Positions 1-9,622 of a DNA stretch of 64,000 nucleotides are shown one piece after another (position 1 is the stretch's first letter; each line of letters starts with the position of its first letter). The notes under the pieces were generated by a model. It searched no databases. It was given only the letters and a program-made list of their open reading frames with translations, and was not told the DNA's origin. A program made the translations under genes and the position numbers. Origin of the DNA: Acidobacteriota bacterium (GTDB taxonomy: Bacteria > Acidobacteriota > Aminicenantia > Aminicenantales > Aminicenantaceae); contig JAHIPL010000005.1 in the NCBI GenBank assembly GCA_018894615.1, positions 1,062 to 65,061 on the forward strand, given 5' to 3'.

Positions 1-1905
1 GATTCCAAGTGGGGTCTCAATCAGGGATTCGACACCTATTTTGACCGCTTTGACCTGAGCAAATACAAAACCATCTCCCTGGGCAATGTGCAGCGCCGCG
101 GTGACGAGGTCATCGATGAAACCCTGGCCTGGCTTGACCAGCACAAGGCCGGGCCCTTTTTTTCCTGGATTCATCTTTATGATCCCCACACCCCCTATGA
201 GCCGCCGCCGCCTTTTGATACCCGGTATTCCAATCGACCTTATGTGGGAGAGATCGCCTACACCGACTCCCAGTTGGCCCGCCTGTGGCTCTATCTGGAA
301 TCGCAGGGGCTCGTCGAAAACACCGTGCTGGTTTTTACCTCGGACCACGGTGAAAGCCTGGGAGAGCATCAGGAGAGCACCCATGGGTTTTTTATCTATC
401 AGGAAGGCATCCACGTTCCTCTTATTATAGTTACACCCGTTGAAAAATACCGGGGACACACGAACGGCTCCGTCGTCACCCTCGTCGACATCATGCCCAC
501 CGTTCTGGAAATGGCGGGATTGCCCTTGCCGGATCAGCTTCAGGGGCGCAGTCTTCTGCCTCTGATGACCGGGGAAAAAAAGTTCGAGGACTCCTTCGCC
601 TACGCCGAAACCTATTATCCCCGTTTCCATTACGGCTGGAGTGAACTGAAGAGCGTGCAGGACCGTCGGTTCAAGCTGATCATCGCTCCGGACCTCGAAC
701 TCTATGATCTGGACAACGATCCGGACGAAATGTCCAATCTCGTTGTTTCCATGCCGCAGGAAACACGGCGTCTTATGGAGTGGGCCAATTCCTTTCTGGA
801 GGAATCGGGGCAAAACGCCCTGGAGATGGACTACTCGAAAATGGACGAGGAGTCCCGCCAAAAGCTGGCCGCGCTTGGATATATCGGCACCTTTACGGAC
901 GCGTCCTCCCTTCAGGGCCGCCGGCTGGGTGATCCCAAGGAAAAAATCGTTGTCTTTAATCAGCTCTCCGAGGCGAAGGAAATGGGACTTCAGGGAGAAA
1001 CCGAAGAAGCCCTTCAGCTGATCGACCGCATCATCGCCGACGATCCCGATATCATCGACGCCTATTTCATGAAAGGCAACCTCTATTTCAAGGACAACCG
1101 GTTTCAGGAGGCCCTGGATACCTTCCGGATTGTTCTTGATAAAAAACCGGACGACGACTTCACGGCCATCAACATCGCCAACTCCCACATCCGTTTGGGC
1201 CAGCTGGACGAAGCGGAATCGTTCCTTACGGATTTTGTCAGAACGGTCCCTCCCGACTCTCAGATTTACCTCATCCTCGGAAATATCAGCTATATCCAGC
1301 GGGAATTTGACGAGGCGGAAAAACATTATTTGAAATGCATCGAACTCAATCCGGCATCCGCCTCCGCGTTCACCGCACTGGGCGGGATTTATGTCATCAC
1401 CGAACGCCTGGACGAAGCCAAATCCTTGCTCGATAAGGCCCTGGCCAGCAATCCTTCTCTACCCAATCTCCACTACAACTTCGCGCAGCTGTGGGAGGCG
1501 AAGAACGATCCGGCGGCCGCCGAGAAGGAATACAGGGTCGAGCTGGAAAATGTCCCTCACAATTTTCGAGCCAGCTTCAATCTGTCCCGTCTCTGCCGTC
1601 TTCAGAACCGCACGGACGAAGAGCAGGCCTTTCTGGAACAGACCGTGGAGTCCAATCCCCGCTTCCCCATGCCCTATTTGTATCTGGCGCGGATTTATCT
1701 CAACCGGAGTGAAAACTACCAGGAGGCGGTGGATCTTGTTCTGAAGGGCATCGAATTGAAGCCGGAGGAAAAGGACCTTCCTCTCGGATATTTTCTGCTG
1801 GCGGACCTCTACAACCGTCTTGGAAACCAGGTAAAATCCGAGGAATTTGCGGTTAAGGGGAAAGAGCTCGTCGATAAACTGCGCTCCAAAGGTCAAGCGG
1901 GCTGA
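1..1905 (+). CDS. Sulfatase-family hydrolase with C-terminal TPR repeats. 5'-truncated at the window edge: the frame is open from nt 1 and the listed GTG at 88 is internal.
   Basis: In-frame translation from nt 1 gives DSKWGLNQGFDTYFDRF. Sulfatase C-terminal-core motifs are present (FTSDHGE, LYDPHTPYEPP). About 300 aa of TPR-like repeats follow (AYFMKGNLYF, ALGGIYV, LARIYLN). Confidence 0.7.
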   Translation, partial: DSKWGLNQGFDTYFDRFDLSKYKTISLGNVQRRGDEVIDETLAWLDQHKAGPFFSWIHLYDPHTPYEPPPPFDTRYSNRPYVGEIAYTDSQLARLWLYLESQGLVENTVLVFTSDHGESLGEHQESTHGFFIYQEGIHVPLIIVTPVEKYRGHTNGSVVTLVDIMPTVLEMAGLPLPDQLQGRSLLPLMTGEKKFEDSFAYAETYYPRFHYGWSELKSVQDRRFKLIIAPDLELYDLDNDPDEMSNLVVSMPQETRRLMEWANSFLEESGQNALEMDYSKMDEESRQKLAALGYIGTFTDASSLQGRRLGDPKEKIVVFNQLSEAKEMGLQGETEEALQLIDRIIADDPDIIDAYFMKGNLYFKDNRFQEALDTFRIVLDKKPDDDFTAINIANSHIRLGQLDEAESFLTDFVRTVPPDSQIYLILGNISYIQREFDEAEKHYLKCIELNPASASAFTALGGIYVITERLDEAKSLLDKALASNPSLPNLHYNFAQLWEAKNDPAAAEKEYRVELENVPHNFRASFNLSRLCRLQNRTDEEQAFLEQTVESNPRFPMPYLYLARIYLNRSENYQEAVDLVLKGIELKPEEKDLPLGYFLLADLYNRLGNQVKSEEFAVKGKELVDKLRSKGQAG

Positions 1906-2070
1906 TCCGGCCTGTCGATCCGTCCCGTTCTTCAGTGGAGCACCCCTCCCCAAAGTTGCATTCAAGGCGGTGTTGCCTTACAATATTTAGTCCTTCAAAT
2001 TCCTTTTTTGACGGGTGGAGAGGCGTGTGATCAAAGCCAACAAAATCATAAATAAATAAAGGAGAAAAAT

Positions 2071-2592
2071 ATGAGCGAGATCAGCGAACAGGTGAAAAAC
2101 GCCATCCGCGAAGCCATCAAGCTGGAAATCAACGGACGAAAATTCTTCAACCATGCCGCCGATATGACCTCCCACGAGACGGGACAAAAGATGTTCCGCT
2201 ATCTGGCGGAGGAAGAAGTCAAACATATGGAAGTTTTTGGAGATCTTTTCAGCCAGATCCTGGGGGATGAGGATTGGAGACAGCTTGTTCATCCGGATGA
2301 GATGAAGGGCGAGGCTCCCCTCGTGACCAAGCTGAAAGCGCGGATGGCCCATGCCGAAAGCAAGGGAGAAGTTGAAGCCCTCAGCATCGGAATGGAGCTG
2401 GAATCGGATGCCATCCGTCATTTTCAGGAAGCCGTAGCCGCAACGAACGATCCCAAGGCCAAGTAAATATTCCGCGAGATTGCGGAGGAAGAGAAATTCC
2501 ACTACGATCTACTTCAGGCGCAGTATGATTACGTCATGCACACGGGCAACTACCTTGACGGCGCCGAGTTTAGAATGGACGGAAAGTGGTGA
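2071..2592 (+). pseudogene. Ferritin-like/rubrerythrin-like diiron four-helix-bundle protein interrupted by an in-frame TAA at 2464-2466. The frame continues open to TGA at 2590-2592.
   Basis: The first 131 aa carry E..H motifs (EEEVKHMEVF, ELESDAIRHF). After the TAA the same frame encodes IFREIAEEEKFHYDLLQAQYDYV, the expected last helix with its EEEKFH metal ligands. It is a paralog of the intact gene at 47038-47490. Confidence 0.5.
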
Positions 2593-2624
2593 TTGAAAAA
2601 TCGAAGAGCGTCGTTCCTGAATAA

Positions 2625-3323
2625 ATGTTTTCATCCCCTCTGATTGAAACAAATGATCTGGGGAAAGTTTATTCAACCGGCCGGATTCAGGTAAAGGCTC
2701 TCGACGGGATCAATCTCTCCGTTCCCAAAGGAGCTTTTCTGGGAATTGCCGGGCCTTCGGGCTCGGGAAAATCCACGCTGATGAATCTTCTCGGCGGATT
2801 GGACACTCCGACTTCCGGTTCCATTCAGGTTGCCGGAAGAATGGTGTCCTCACTTAATCATAAGGAACTGGCGCTTTACCGCCGTTTTCAGGTGGGGATG
2901 ATTTTCCAGTCATTCAACATCATTCCGGCCTACACGGCGAAAGAGAACGTCGCGCTTCCGCTCCTTTTTTCCGGAGTGCCCAAAAGGGAGCGCCTTCGTC
3001 GGGCCGAGGCCGTTCTGAGTCTGGTGGGCCTCGAAGAGCGGAAGGACCATAGACCATCCGAACTTTCGGGCGGTGAACAGCAGCGGGTGGCCGTCGCCCG
3101 GGCGCTTATCAACTCTCCGGATATCCTTCTGGCCGATGAGCCGACCGGCAATCTTGACAGCCGCACCTCGCAGGGCATCCTGAATCTTCTTCAGGAGATG
3201 AACCGGACCCAAAACCTGACCGTCCTGCTGATATCCCACGAGGGGTATCTTTTAAAAAAATATGCCGATGACATCATTTACCTTCATGATGGAAGGGTAA
3301 GGGAATCCGAGGCCGTGGAATAA
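2625..3323 (+). CDS. ABC transporter ATP-binding protein (LolD/MacB-type)
   Basis: Walker [13 protein letters not shown] signature [15 protein letters not shown], Walker [13 protein letters not shown]. Confidence 0.85.
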   Translation: MFSSPLIETNDLGKVYSTGRIQVKALDGINLSVPKGAFLGIAGPSGSGKSTLMNLLGGLDTPTSGSIQVAGRMVSSLNHKELALYRRFQVGMIFQSFNIIPAYTAKENVALPLLFSGVPKRERLRRAEAVLSLVGLEERKDHRPSELSGGEQQRVAVARALINSPDILLADEPTGNLDSRTSQGILNLLQEMNRTQNLTVLLISHEGYLLKKYADDIIYLHDGRVRESEAVE

Positions 3324-3325
3324 CC

Positions 3326-4669
3326 ATGCGCGTTGTCGATTCCCTGGAACAGGCTCTGTCCAATCTCTGGAAAAAAAAGCTGCGAACGTTTTTGACAACC
3401 TTCGGTGTCGTGATCGGCATCGGGGCTCTGGTGTCCATGATCTCCTTCGGACAGGGAGTCCAATACAATGTGACCGACCGGTTTCAAAAACTGGATCTCT
3501 TCAATTACATCACCGTTTTCCCGGCTGGGAAACAATCCCCGTTCTCTGGAGAACGAGCCGGATCTTCCGCCGAAAGCCCCAGGTCCGTGCTGGATGATGA
3601 TTCTTTGAAGGAGATAACGGCTCTCGAAGGGGTGGAGTCGGCCTTTCCCGAAGTTCGTTTTCCCGCCCGGATTCAATTTCGGGAGAAAACCCGATTCAGT
3701 CTGGTCCAGGTCATGCCCGCCGCCGTCGCCGCCACCGAACTGGTGAAACTGCGGGCGGGAGCATCTTTTGCGGACGATTATTCCCTTTCCCTCATCATCA
3801 GTGATTCCTTGTTGACCGAAATGGGAATCACCGACCCTGATTCGGTTATCGGCGAAGAGATCACACTTCTGACGCTGATGCTTGATTTAAGCCGTTTGAA
3901 CCTGTCGGACATGTCTTCACTGTTTCAAAACGGAAAACTTCCCTTTTCCGAGCAGAGTCACCGCTTCACCATTGCCGGAGTGGCGGAGCGCATGGGTTTC
4001 GGTGGTCCCACTCCGCTTCGCAGCGATGTTTATATCCCGTCCGGAACGGCAGCGGATATCCCGACCATATCGCTGACGAGCATCTGGGACTTTTTCCGTT
4101 CTTCCGGAAGCGCGGATGAATACTCCATGGTCAATGTCAAGGTGGATTCCCCCCGTGCTGTCGACCGTGTCAAGGCGTTTGCCGAAGAGAAGGGATTCCA
4201 GTCGTTCGCTCTCATCGACCAGCTGGAGGAAATCAGGACGGGTTTTGTCTTTATGGACATGTTCCTGGCGGCGGTGGGGATGATCGCTCTGGTCGTGGCG
4301 TCTCTTGGGATCGTCAACACCATGGTGATGGCTATCCTGGAACGAACCCGGGAAATCGGCATCATGAAGGCCGTCGGCGCCGGTGACGGGGATATTCGAA
4401 AAATATTTTTGTTTGAAGCGGGTCTTATCGGGCTGGCCGGAGGGGTGTTCGGCCTGTGCCTGGGCTGGATCGTAACAACGGCCATCAATTGGATCATCAA
4501 CGGTATCCTGGCCCGCCAGGGGATTCCTTTCGTCGACTATTTTTATTTTCCCCGTTGGTTGAATATGGGTTCCATTGTGTTTTCCATTCTTGTCAGCCTG
4601 ATCGCCGGGCTATATCCCATGCAGCGGGCGGCCCGGGTGGATCCGGTGGTGGCGCTCCGGCATGACTGA
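3326..4669 (+). CDS. ABC transporter permease, FtsX/MacB/LolE family
   Basis: Adjacent to the ATPase. It has an N-terminal TM, a large periplasmic domain and C-terminal FtsX-like TM segments (ILERTREIGIMKAVGA). Confidence 0.75.
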   Translation: MRVVDSLEQALSNLWKKKLRTFLTTFGVVIGIGALVSMISFGQGVQYNVTDRFQKLDLFNYITVFPAGKQSPFSGERAGSSAESPRSVLDDDSLKEITALEGVESAFPEVRFPARIQFREKTRFSLVQVMPAAVAATELVKLRAGASFADDYSLSLIISDSLLTEMGITDPDSVIGEEITLLTLMLDLSRLNLSDMSSLFQNGKLPFSEQSHRFTIAGVAERMGFGGPTPLRSDVYIPSGTAADIPTISLTSIWDFFRSSGSADEYSMVNVKVDSPRAVDRVKAFAEEKGFQSFALIDQLEEIRTGFVFMDMFLAAVGMIALVVASLGIVNTMVMAILERTREIGIMKAVGAGDGDIRKIFLFEAGLIGLAGGVFGLCLGWIVTTAINWIINGILARQGIPFVDYFYFPRWLNMGSIVFSILVSLIAGLYPMQRAARVDPVVALRHD

Positions 4670-4737
4670 GGGGCCGGCGGCCGATTGACCGGGAAACGGA
4701 AGAATGGATGTTCCGAATTTTTGATGGAGGAAAAAAG

Positions 4738-5985
4738 ATGAATGATAAACGACGGGTGAGTTTGATCGGCATATCGGCGCTGCTGATCCTTTTTGCTTCC
4801 TGTGCCGGAACGAATGAAGCGGACCTTTTGGAAAGGGCGCGGGTCATTCATGACGAGGTCCTGACCGTGGACACCCACTGTGACACTCCGATGCGTCTGA
4901 TCCGGGGGGAGTACGACATGGGCGAACGGCATGAATCCGGCGCGCGCGGAGGGAAAATCGATCTTCCCCGGATGAAGGAGGGCGGTCTGGATGCCGAGTT
5001 TTTTGCCGCCTTTGTCGGACAGGGAGAATTGACGCCGGAAGGATATGCCGCCGCCAGGGAAAGGGCCGACCGGATGATCGATGCCGTCGAAGAGATGTGC
5101 AGCCGTTATCCGGAGCTCGTGGAGAAGGCGACAACACCGGAGGATGCCGAACGGCTGGAGAACGCCGGGAAACGGGCGGCTTTCATCGGAATCGAGAACG
5201 GCTATCCCATCGGGCGGGATTTGGGTCTCGTGAAACACTTTTTTGATCGGGGGGTTCGCTCCATCACCCTCTGCCACGGCGGGGACAACGATATCTGCGA
5301 TTCCGCCACGGAAAGACGTAATCCTGAAGATGAAGGATTGAGTGAATTCGGCAGGGCGGTTGTCGAAGAGTGCAACCGTCTCGGTGTGATGGTCGATCTC
5401 AGCCATCTTTCGGAACGGTCCATCTACGATGTGCTGGAGCATTCCAGGGCTCCTGTTTTTGCCTCACATTCCAGCGTCCGGGCCCTCTGTGATCACCCGC
5501 GCAATTTAACAGACGACATGCTGAAAAAGCTTAAAGAGAATGGCGGGGTCATCCAGATTTGTCTGGTCAGCAGTTTTCTCAAAACACCCGAACCCAATCC
5601 CGAACGGGATAAGGCGCGAGAGGAACTCCGGGAACAGTACAGCACATCCGCCGACAGCGAGGATGAAGGGGTCCGTGACCGGATGCGCCAGGAATACCGC
5701 CGGATCCTTGAAAAACATCCCATGGAACGAGCCACTGTCAAGGATCTTGTGAACCACATCGATTATGTCGTTCGGCTGATAGGCGTGGCCCATGTCGGAA
5801 TCGGAACCGATTTTGACGGGGGAGGCGGCATCGACGGCTGTGATCATGTGGGCGAGATGCCTAACATTACGGTGGAACTGCTGCGGCGGGGTTATTCAAA
5901 AGAGGACATCGCCAAAATCTGGGGAGGAAATGTCATGCGCGTGCTGCGGGACGTCATCGAAACGGCTGCCGGGACGACCTCCTGA
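4738..5985 (+). CDS. Membrane dipeptidase (peptidase M19 family), lipoprotein. Start chosen at the ATG with the GGAGGA RBS; the ORF track starts at 4708.
   Basis: Lipobox LLILFASCAGT. Renal-dipeptidase-like HCDTP motif near the N-terminus and (beta/alpha)8 metallo-dipeptidase length. Confidence 0.7.
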   Translation: MNDKRRVSLIGISALLILFASCAGTNEADLLERARVIHDEVLTVDTHCDTPMRLIRGEYDMGERHESGARGGKIDLPRMKEGGLDAEFFAAFVGQGELTPEGYAAARERADRMIDAVEEMCSRYPELVEKATTPEDAERLENAGKRAAFIGIENGYPIGRDLGLVKHFFDRGVRSITLCHGGDNDICDSATERRNPEDEGLSEFGRAVVEECNRLGVMVDLSHLSERSIYDVLEHSRAPVFASHSSVRALCDHPRNLTDDMLKKLKENGGVIQICLVSSFLKTPEPNPERDKAREELREQYSTSADSEDEGVRDRMRQEYRRILEKHPMERATVKDLVNHIDYVVRLIGVAHVGIGTDFDGGGGIDGCDHVGEMPNITVELLRRGYSKEDIAKIWGGNVMRVLRDVIETAAGTTS

Positions 5986-6088
5986 CAATCAGCTCTTCGT
6001 CTTGCTTTTCGCGGGGTGTTTCCCTATGATGTGAGAAAAGGCCATTCCCATCAAAGAGCGACCCTCACGGCCGGCTTTAGAGAAAACC

Positions 6089-7579
6089 ATGATTTTTGTA
6101 AAAAAGTTCAAAGAATTTCATCTTTTCTCTTCACTTCAGACGCGGATTCTGATCATGGTCATTCTTCTCCTGACGCTGATCGTCGGCGCTCTCCTCATGA
6201 TGATCGGGAAGCGCGAGGTTCAGGCCATCTACAAGGAACAGATCCAGAAAGGGATTTTTATCTCAAGATACATCTCTCTTCGAATTCAGGATCAGTTTGT
6301 TCTTTCGAACGAAGAGGAATTAGCGCAGGAGATTCAAAGTCTGATCGATTACGAGCTGATATACGTCGTTGTCTACGACACCTTCGGTATGCCCTTCGCC
6401 TCCACCCGTTTTATTCAGCAGTTCGAGGAGATCTACCAGTACAGCCGGCTGCCCGTCATCGCCCGTCCGGACAGTTATTATTCCGAACGCAAGATGCTGC
6501 GGTTTCCTCTCACAGGCCAGATCCTGCGCATTCAGGAAGTGGAGATTCCTGTTTTTTATATGGAAAAATCCCAGAAATGGGGAAGCATCAAAATCGGGCT
6601 GTCCATGGAAGGCAGCCTGAAGGAAATCACGAAAACACGGCTTATCCTTCTTTTGATCGGATCGGCGGGGCTCCTCGTCGGCCTCATCGGGGCCATTTTG
6701 CTGGCCCGCCATATCACCAATCCCGTCAAGAAGCTTGTCGAAGGAACGAACAGGGTCGCCAGGGGGGACTTTTCCCATACGATCGTCATCCGCAGTCGCG
6801 ATGAGATCGGTGAGCTGGCGCAGAGTTTCAACCACATGAACCAACAGCTGCAGCACAGCCGGGCAAAGATTGAATCGGCCAATCAGCGACTCGTCGAAGC
6901 GGAAAAGCTGGCCTCCATCGGCCGGATGTCCGCCGGTATCGCCCATGAGATCAGGAATCCTCTGACATCCGTGAAGCTTAATATTCAGAAGGTGATGGGG
7001 AGCGACCATCTCCATGATGTGGAAAAGGAACACCTGGATATTTCCCGGGAGGGAATCCGGCAGATTGAAATATTCATCAAGGAACTGTTGAACTTCACCC
7101 GCATCTCCGTATTGAATCTGGATTATTTTTCTCCGATTGTTATTATGGACGAGTCCATCAAGATGCTGCTGGAATCTCTGGAACGGAAAAATATTCACAT
7201 CACACGTAATTACCGGGAGGAAGCCCTGCCGGTGCGGGTGGATGCCGATAAAATACGGCAGGTCTTTATCAACCTTCTTCGCAACGCCTCAGAAGCGGTC
7301 GATGACGGGGGATCGATCGAGGTGGCTGTTTCCCCGGCGGCGGAAAACGGCAGAAAGTGGATCCGGACCTCCATATCGGACGACGGCTGCGGCATTCCGG
7401 AGAAGGACTGGGAGTACGTATTCGAACCGTATTACACCACCAAAGCTTCGGGATTCGGCCTGGGCCTGGCCAATGCCCGCAAAATTATCGAACAGCACCA
7501 GGGCATCATCCGAGTCACACACAAAACCGGAGGGGGCACCAGATTTGACATCCTCCTCCCGTTGGAAGAGGAAATATGA
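6089..7579 (+). CDS. Sensor histidine kinase (TM, HAMP, HisKA, HATPase)
   Basis: H-box IAHEIRNPLTSV, G-box DDGCGIPE and GFGLGLA; N-terminal TM and a HAMP-like segment. Confidence 0.85.
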   Translation: MIFVKKFKEFHLFSSLQTRILIMVILLLTLIVGALLMMIGKREVQAIYKEQIQKGIFISRYISLRIQDQFVLSNEEELAQEIQSLIDYELIYVVVYDTFGMPFASTRFIQQFEEIYQYSRLPVIARPDSYYSERKMLRFPLTGQILRIQEVEIPVFYMEKSQKWGSIKIGLSMEGSLKEITKTRLILLLIGSAGLLVGLIGAILLARHITNPVKKLVEGTNRVARGDFSHTIVIRSRDEIGELAQSFNHMNQQLQHSRAKIESANQRLVEAEKLASIGRMSAGIAHEIRNPLTSVKLNIQKVMGSDHLHDVEKEHLDISREGIRQIEIFIKELLNFTRISVLNLDYFSPIVIMDESIKMLLESLERKNIHITRNYREEALPVRVDADKIRQVFINLLRNASEAVDDGGSIEVAVSPAAENGRKWIRTSISDDGCGIPEKDWEYVFEPYYTTKASGFGLGLANARKIIEQHQGIIRVTHKTGGGTRFDILLPLEEEI

Positions 7580-8910
7580 AATCCATCCTGATCATCGATG
7601 ACGATCCGCTCATACGGAAAACACTTTCCACGCACCTGTCCACGGAAGGTTATGAAATCCATACGGCGATGACCGGGGAAGAAGGCTTGGCCAAGTACGA
7701 TGAATGTTTTCCGGATCTGGTGCTGCTGGATGTGCGGCTGCCGGATATCGACGGCATTGAAACCCTTCGCCGGATCAAGGCAAAAAACAAAACGGCGACC
7801 GTCGTGATCATGACGGCCTATGACGACATGAAGACCACGGTTGAAGCCATCAAGGTCGGCGCCTTTGAATTTCTGGTGAAACCACTGGACTATGTCGACC
7901 TCGGTTTGACCATCGATAAAGCCGTACAGGTTCGCAGCCTTGAAGACAAATTGAGCTACATCGTCTCCGAACAGGAAAAAGAATACACCATCGACAACAT
8001 CATCGGCCGTTCCGTACCGATGAGGGATGTGTACAAGATGATCGGGTCCGTCGCCATCACCCGGACGAACGTGCTGATTCAGGGTGAGAGCGGGACGGGA
8101 AAGGAACTTGTGGCCAAGGCCATCCATTATAACAGCCCTTTCAGCAAAGAGCCGTTTATCGTCATCAACTGTTCGGCCATTTCCGACACGCTTCTTGAGA
8201 GTGAGCTGTTCGGACACGTCAAAGGGGCTTTTACGGATGCGGTCAGCGAAACCAGGGGGAGATTTGAGATCGCCGGAAAAGGGACCCTTTTTCTTGATGA
8301 AATAGGCGATGTGTCGACCAACCTTCAGTCCAAGCTGCTGCGGGTGATCGAGAGCAGGGATTTTATGAAGGTGGGAGGGGAGAAGGTGCTCAAGACGGAG
8401 GCCCGGATCATCGCCGCCAGCAACAAGAATCTCATACAGCTTGTTGAAAAGGGCGATTTCCGTGAAGACCTGTACTATCGATTGAAGGTTGTGGAGATTG
8501 TGCTGCCCCCTCTACGGGACCGGATGGAAGACATTCCCGAGCTTGTGGTTTATCTGCTTGAAAAAATAAACCGCGAAATTCGAAAAAATGTGCGAAAGGT
8601 GCCGCCCCAGATCTTGAAACTGCTGATGAACATGCCCTGGAAAGGAAATGTCCGTGAACTGGAGAATGCGCTGACCCGGGCCGTCATCCTGGCCAAGGGG
8701 GATGTGGTTCTGGAGGAAAACCTGCCTCTGGAGAGAGGGGAGCGGGTTCTTCTGCCCAAGGAACTGGTTCCGATGAAGGAAGTGGAGAAAAATTATATCC
8801 AGTATGTACTCAAATCCACCAAAGGGAACAAGACGCAGACCAGTCAGATCCTTCAGATCAGCCGCCCCACTCTCGACAAAAAGATCCGGGAATACGACCT
8901 GGAAATCTGA
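7576..8910 (+). CDS. Sigma-54-dependent response regulator (NtrC family)
   Basis: Receiver domain ILIIDDDPLIRK...LLDVRLPD; AAA+ sigma-54 interaction domain GESGTGKE, GAFTDA, ESELFGH; C-terminal Fis-type HTH. Overlaps the kinase stop by 4 nt. Confidence 0.9.
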   Translation: MKSILIIDDDPLIRKTLSTHLSTEGYEIHTAMTGEEGLAKYDECFPDLVLLDVRLPDIDGIETLRRIKAKNKTATVVIMTAYDDMKTTVEAIKVGAFEFLVKPLDYVDLGLTIDKAVQVRSLEDKLSYIVSEQEKEYTIDNIIGRSVPMRDVYKMIGSVAITRTNVLIQGESGTGKELVAKAIHYNSPFSKEPFIVINCSAISDTLLESELFGHVKGAFTDAVSETRGRFEIAGKGTLFLDEIGDVSTNLQSKLLRVIESRDFMKVGGEKVLKTEARIIAASNKNLIQLVEKGDFREDLYYRLKVVEIVLPPLRDRMEDIPELVVYLLEKINREIRKNVRKVPPQILKLLMNMPWKGNVRELENALTRAVILAKGDVVLEENLPLERGERVLLPKELVPMKEVEKNYIQYVLKSTKGNKTQTSQILQISRPTLDKKIREYDLEI

Positions 8911-9093
8911 ATCCCGGAGCCGGTGTAAATCCTTTTTTTATCTGTAAACATATTTTACTTTTCCCTGAAATAGAAACGGTGTTATCTTGTTGTTTTATAA
9001 CACGATAGAAAATAGAGTGTTGGCATGAATTATGCACTCTATCAAGGGTTTGAGGCTATAATGATTGCACAAAAACAGAGTTCTGCAGAAGGC

Positions 9094-9447
9094 ATGAAAG
9101 TGATCGTTGTCGTGGATGACGACGAATCGATACGAAAGACGTTTTTCCTGATCCTTCATGAAAAATACAGGGTGTATCTGGCCAAGGATTCAAAGGAAGC
9201 CCTGCAGCGGTTTTCTCCATCCGATATCGACCTGATCATCGCCGATCTGAAACTTCCCTATCACAGCGGCATCGAACTGATCGGAAAATTCCGCGAGGCA
9301 GGGTACTTGGGGCAGGCCATTCTGATCTCAGCCTTTCCCGACCAGATCGACGGTTTGGATCTGAGTCACCTCGCCATTGCTCGTTTTTTCACAAAACCGC
9401 TGGATCTGGAAGCCCTGGATAACTCCATCCACCTCCTTCTCAATTAA
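9094..9447 (+). CDS. Single-domain CheY-like response regulator. The ORF track starts at 9025; the start is moved to the Met with an RBS because a sigma-54 motif overlaps 9025.
   Basis: MKVIVVVDDDESIRKTF...DLIIADLKLP receiver motifs; no output domain. Confidence 0.7.
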   Translation: MKVIVVVDDDESIRKTFFLILHEKYRVYLAKDSKEALQRFSPSDIDLIIADLKLPYHSGIELIGKFREAGYLGQAILISAFPDQIDGLDLSHLAIARFFTKPLDLEALDNSIHLLLN

Positions 9448-9622
9448 TTGGGGACAGGCATCTTTTTTTCAAAAATATTTTTCCCCTCATTTTTTTAATA
9501 TAAAATCAGTCTTTTTTTTAGGGGAAAAGACAAATATAGTTGTTTTTCATCGAAATTAAAATAATTTTGAAAAAAAGATGCCTGTCCCCATTTATGATAT
9601 AATTTTTTTTGGATGGAGGAAG

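Noticed and set aside
2464-2466. In-frame stop in the ferritin-like gene as a selenocysteine codon
   Set aside because: The codon is TAA, not TGA, so Sec recoding does not apply. No SECIS-like hairpin was evident downstream.
6016-6804. 262-aa ORF overlapping the histidine kinase in another frame, and similar shadow ORFs (7432-8217, 13600-14235, 22273-23301, 61988-63559)
   Set aside because: They overlap genes with clear family motifs. Their Arg/Pro/Gly-rich compositions are characteristic of off-frame translation in high-GC DNA.
8911-9011. TGTTAT-N11-ATAACA inverted repeat as an enhancer site for the sigma-54 activator
   Set aside because: It is a single short AT-rich palindrome in an AT-rich spacer. 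It cannot be distinguished from chance without comparative data.
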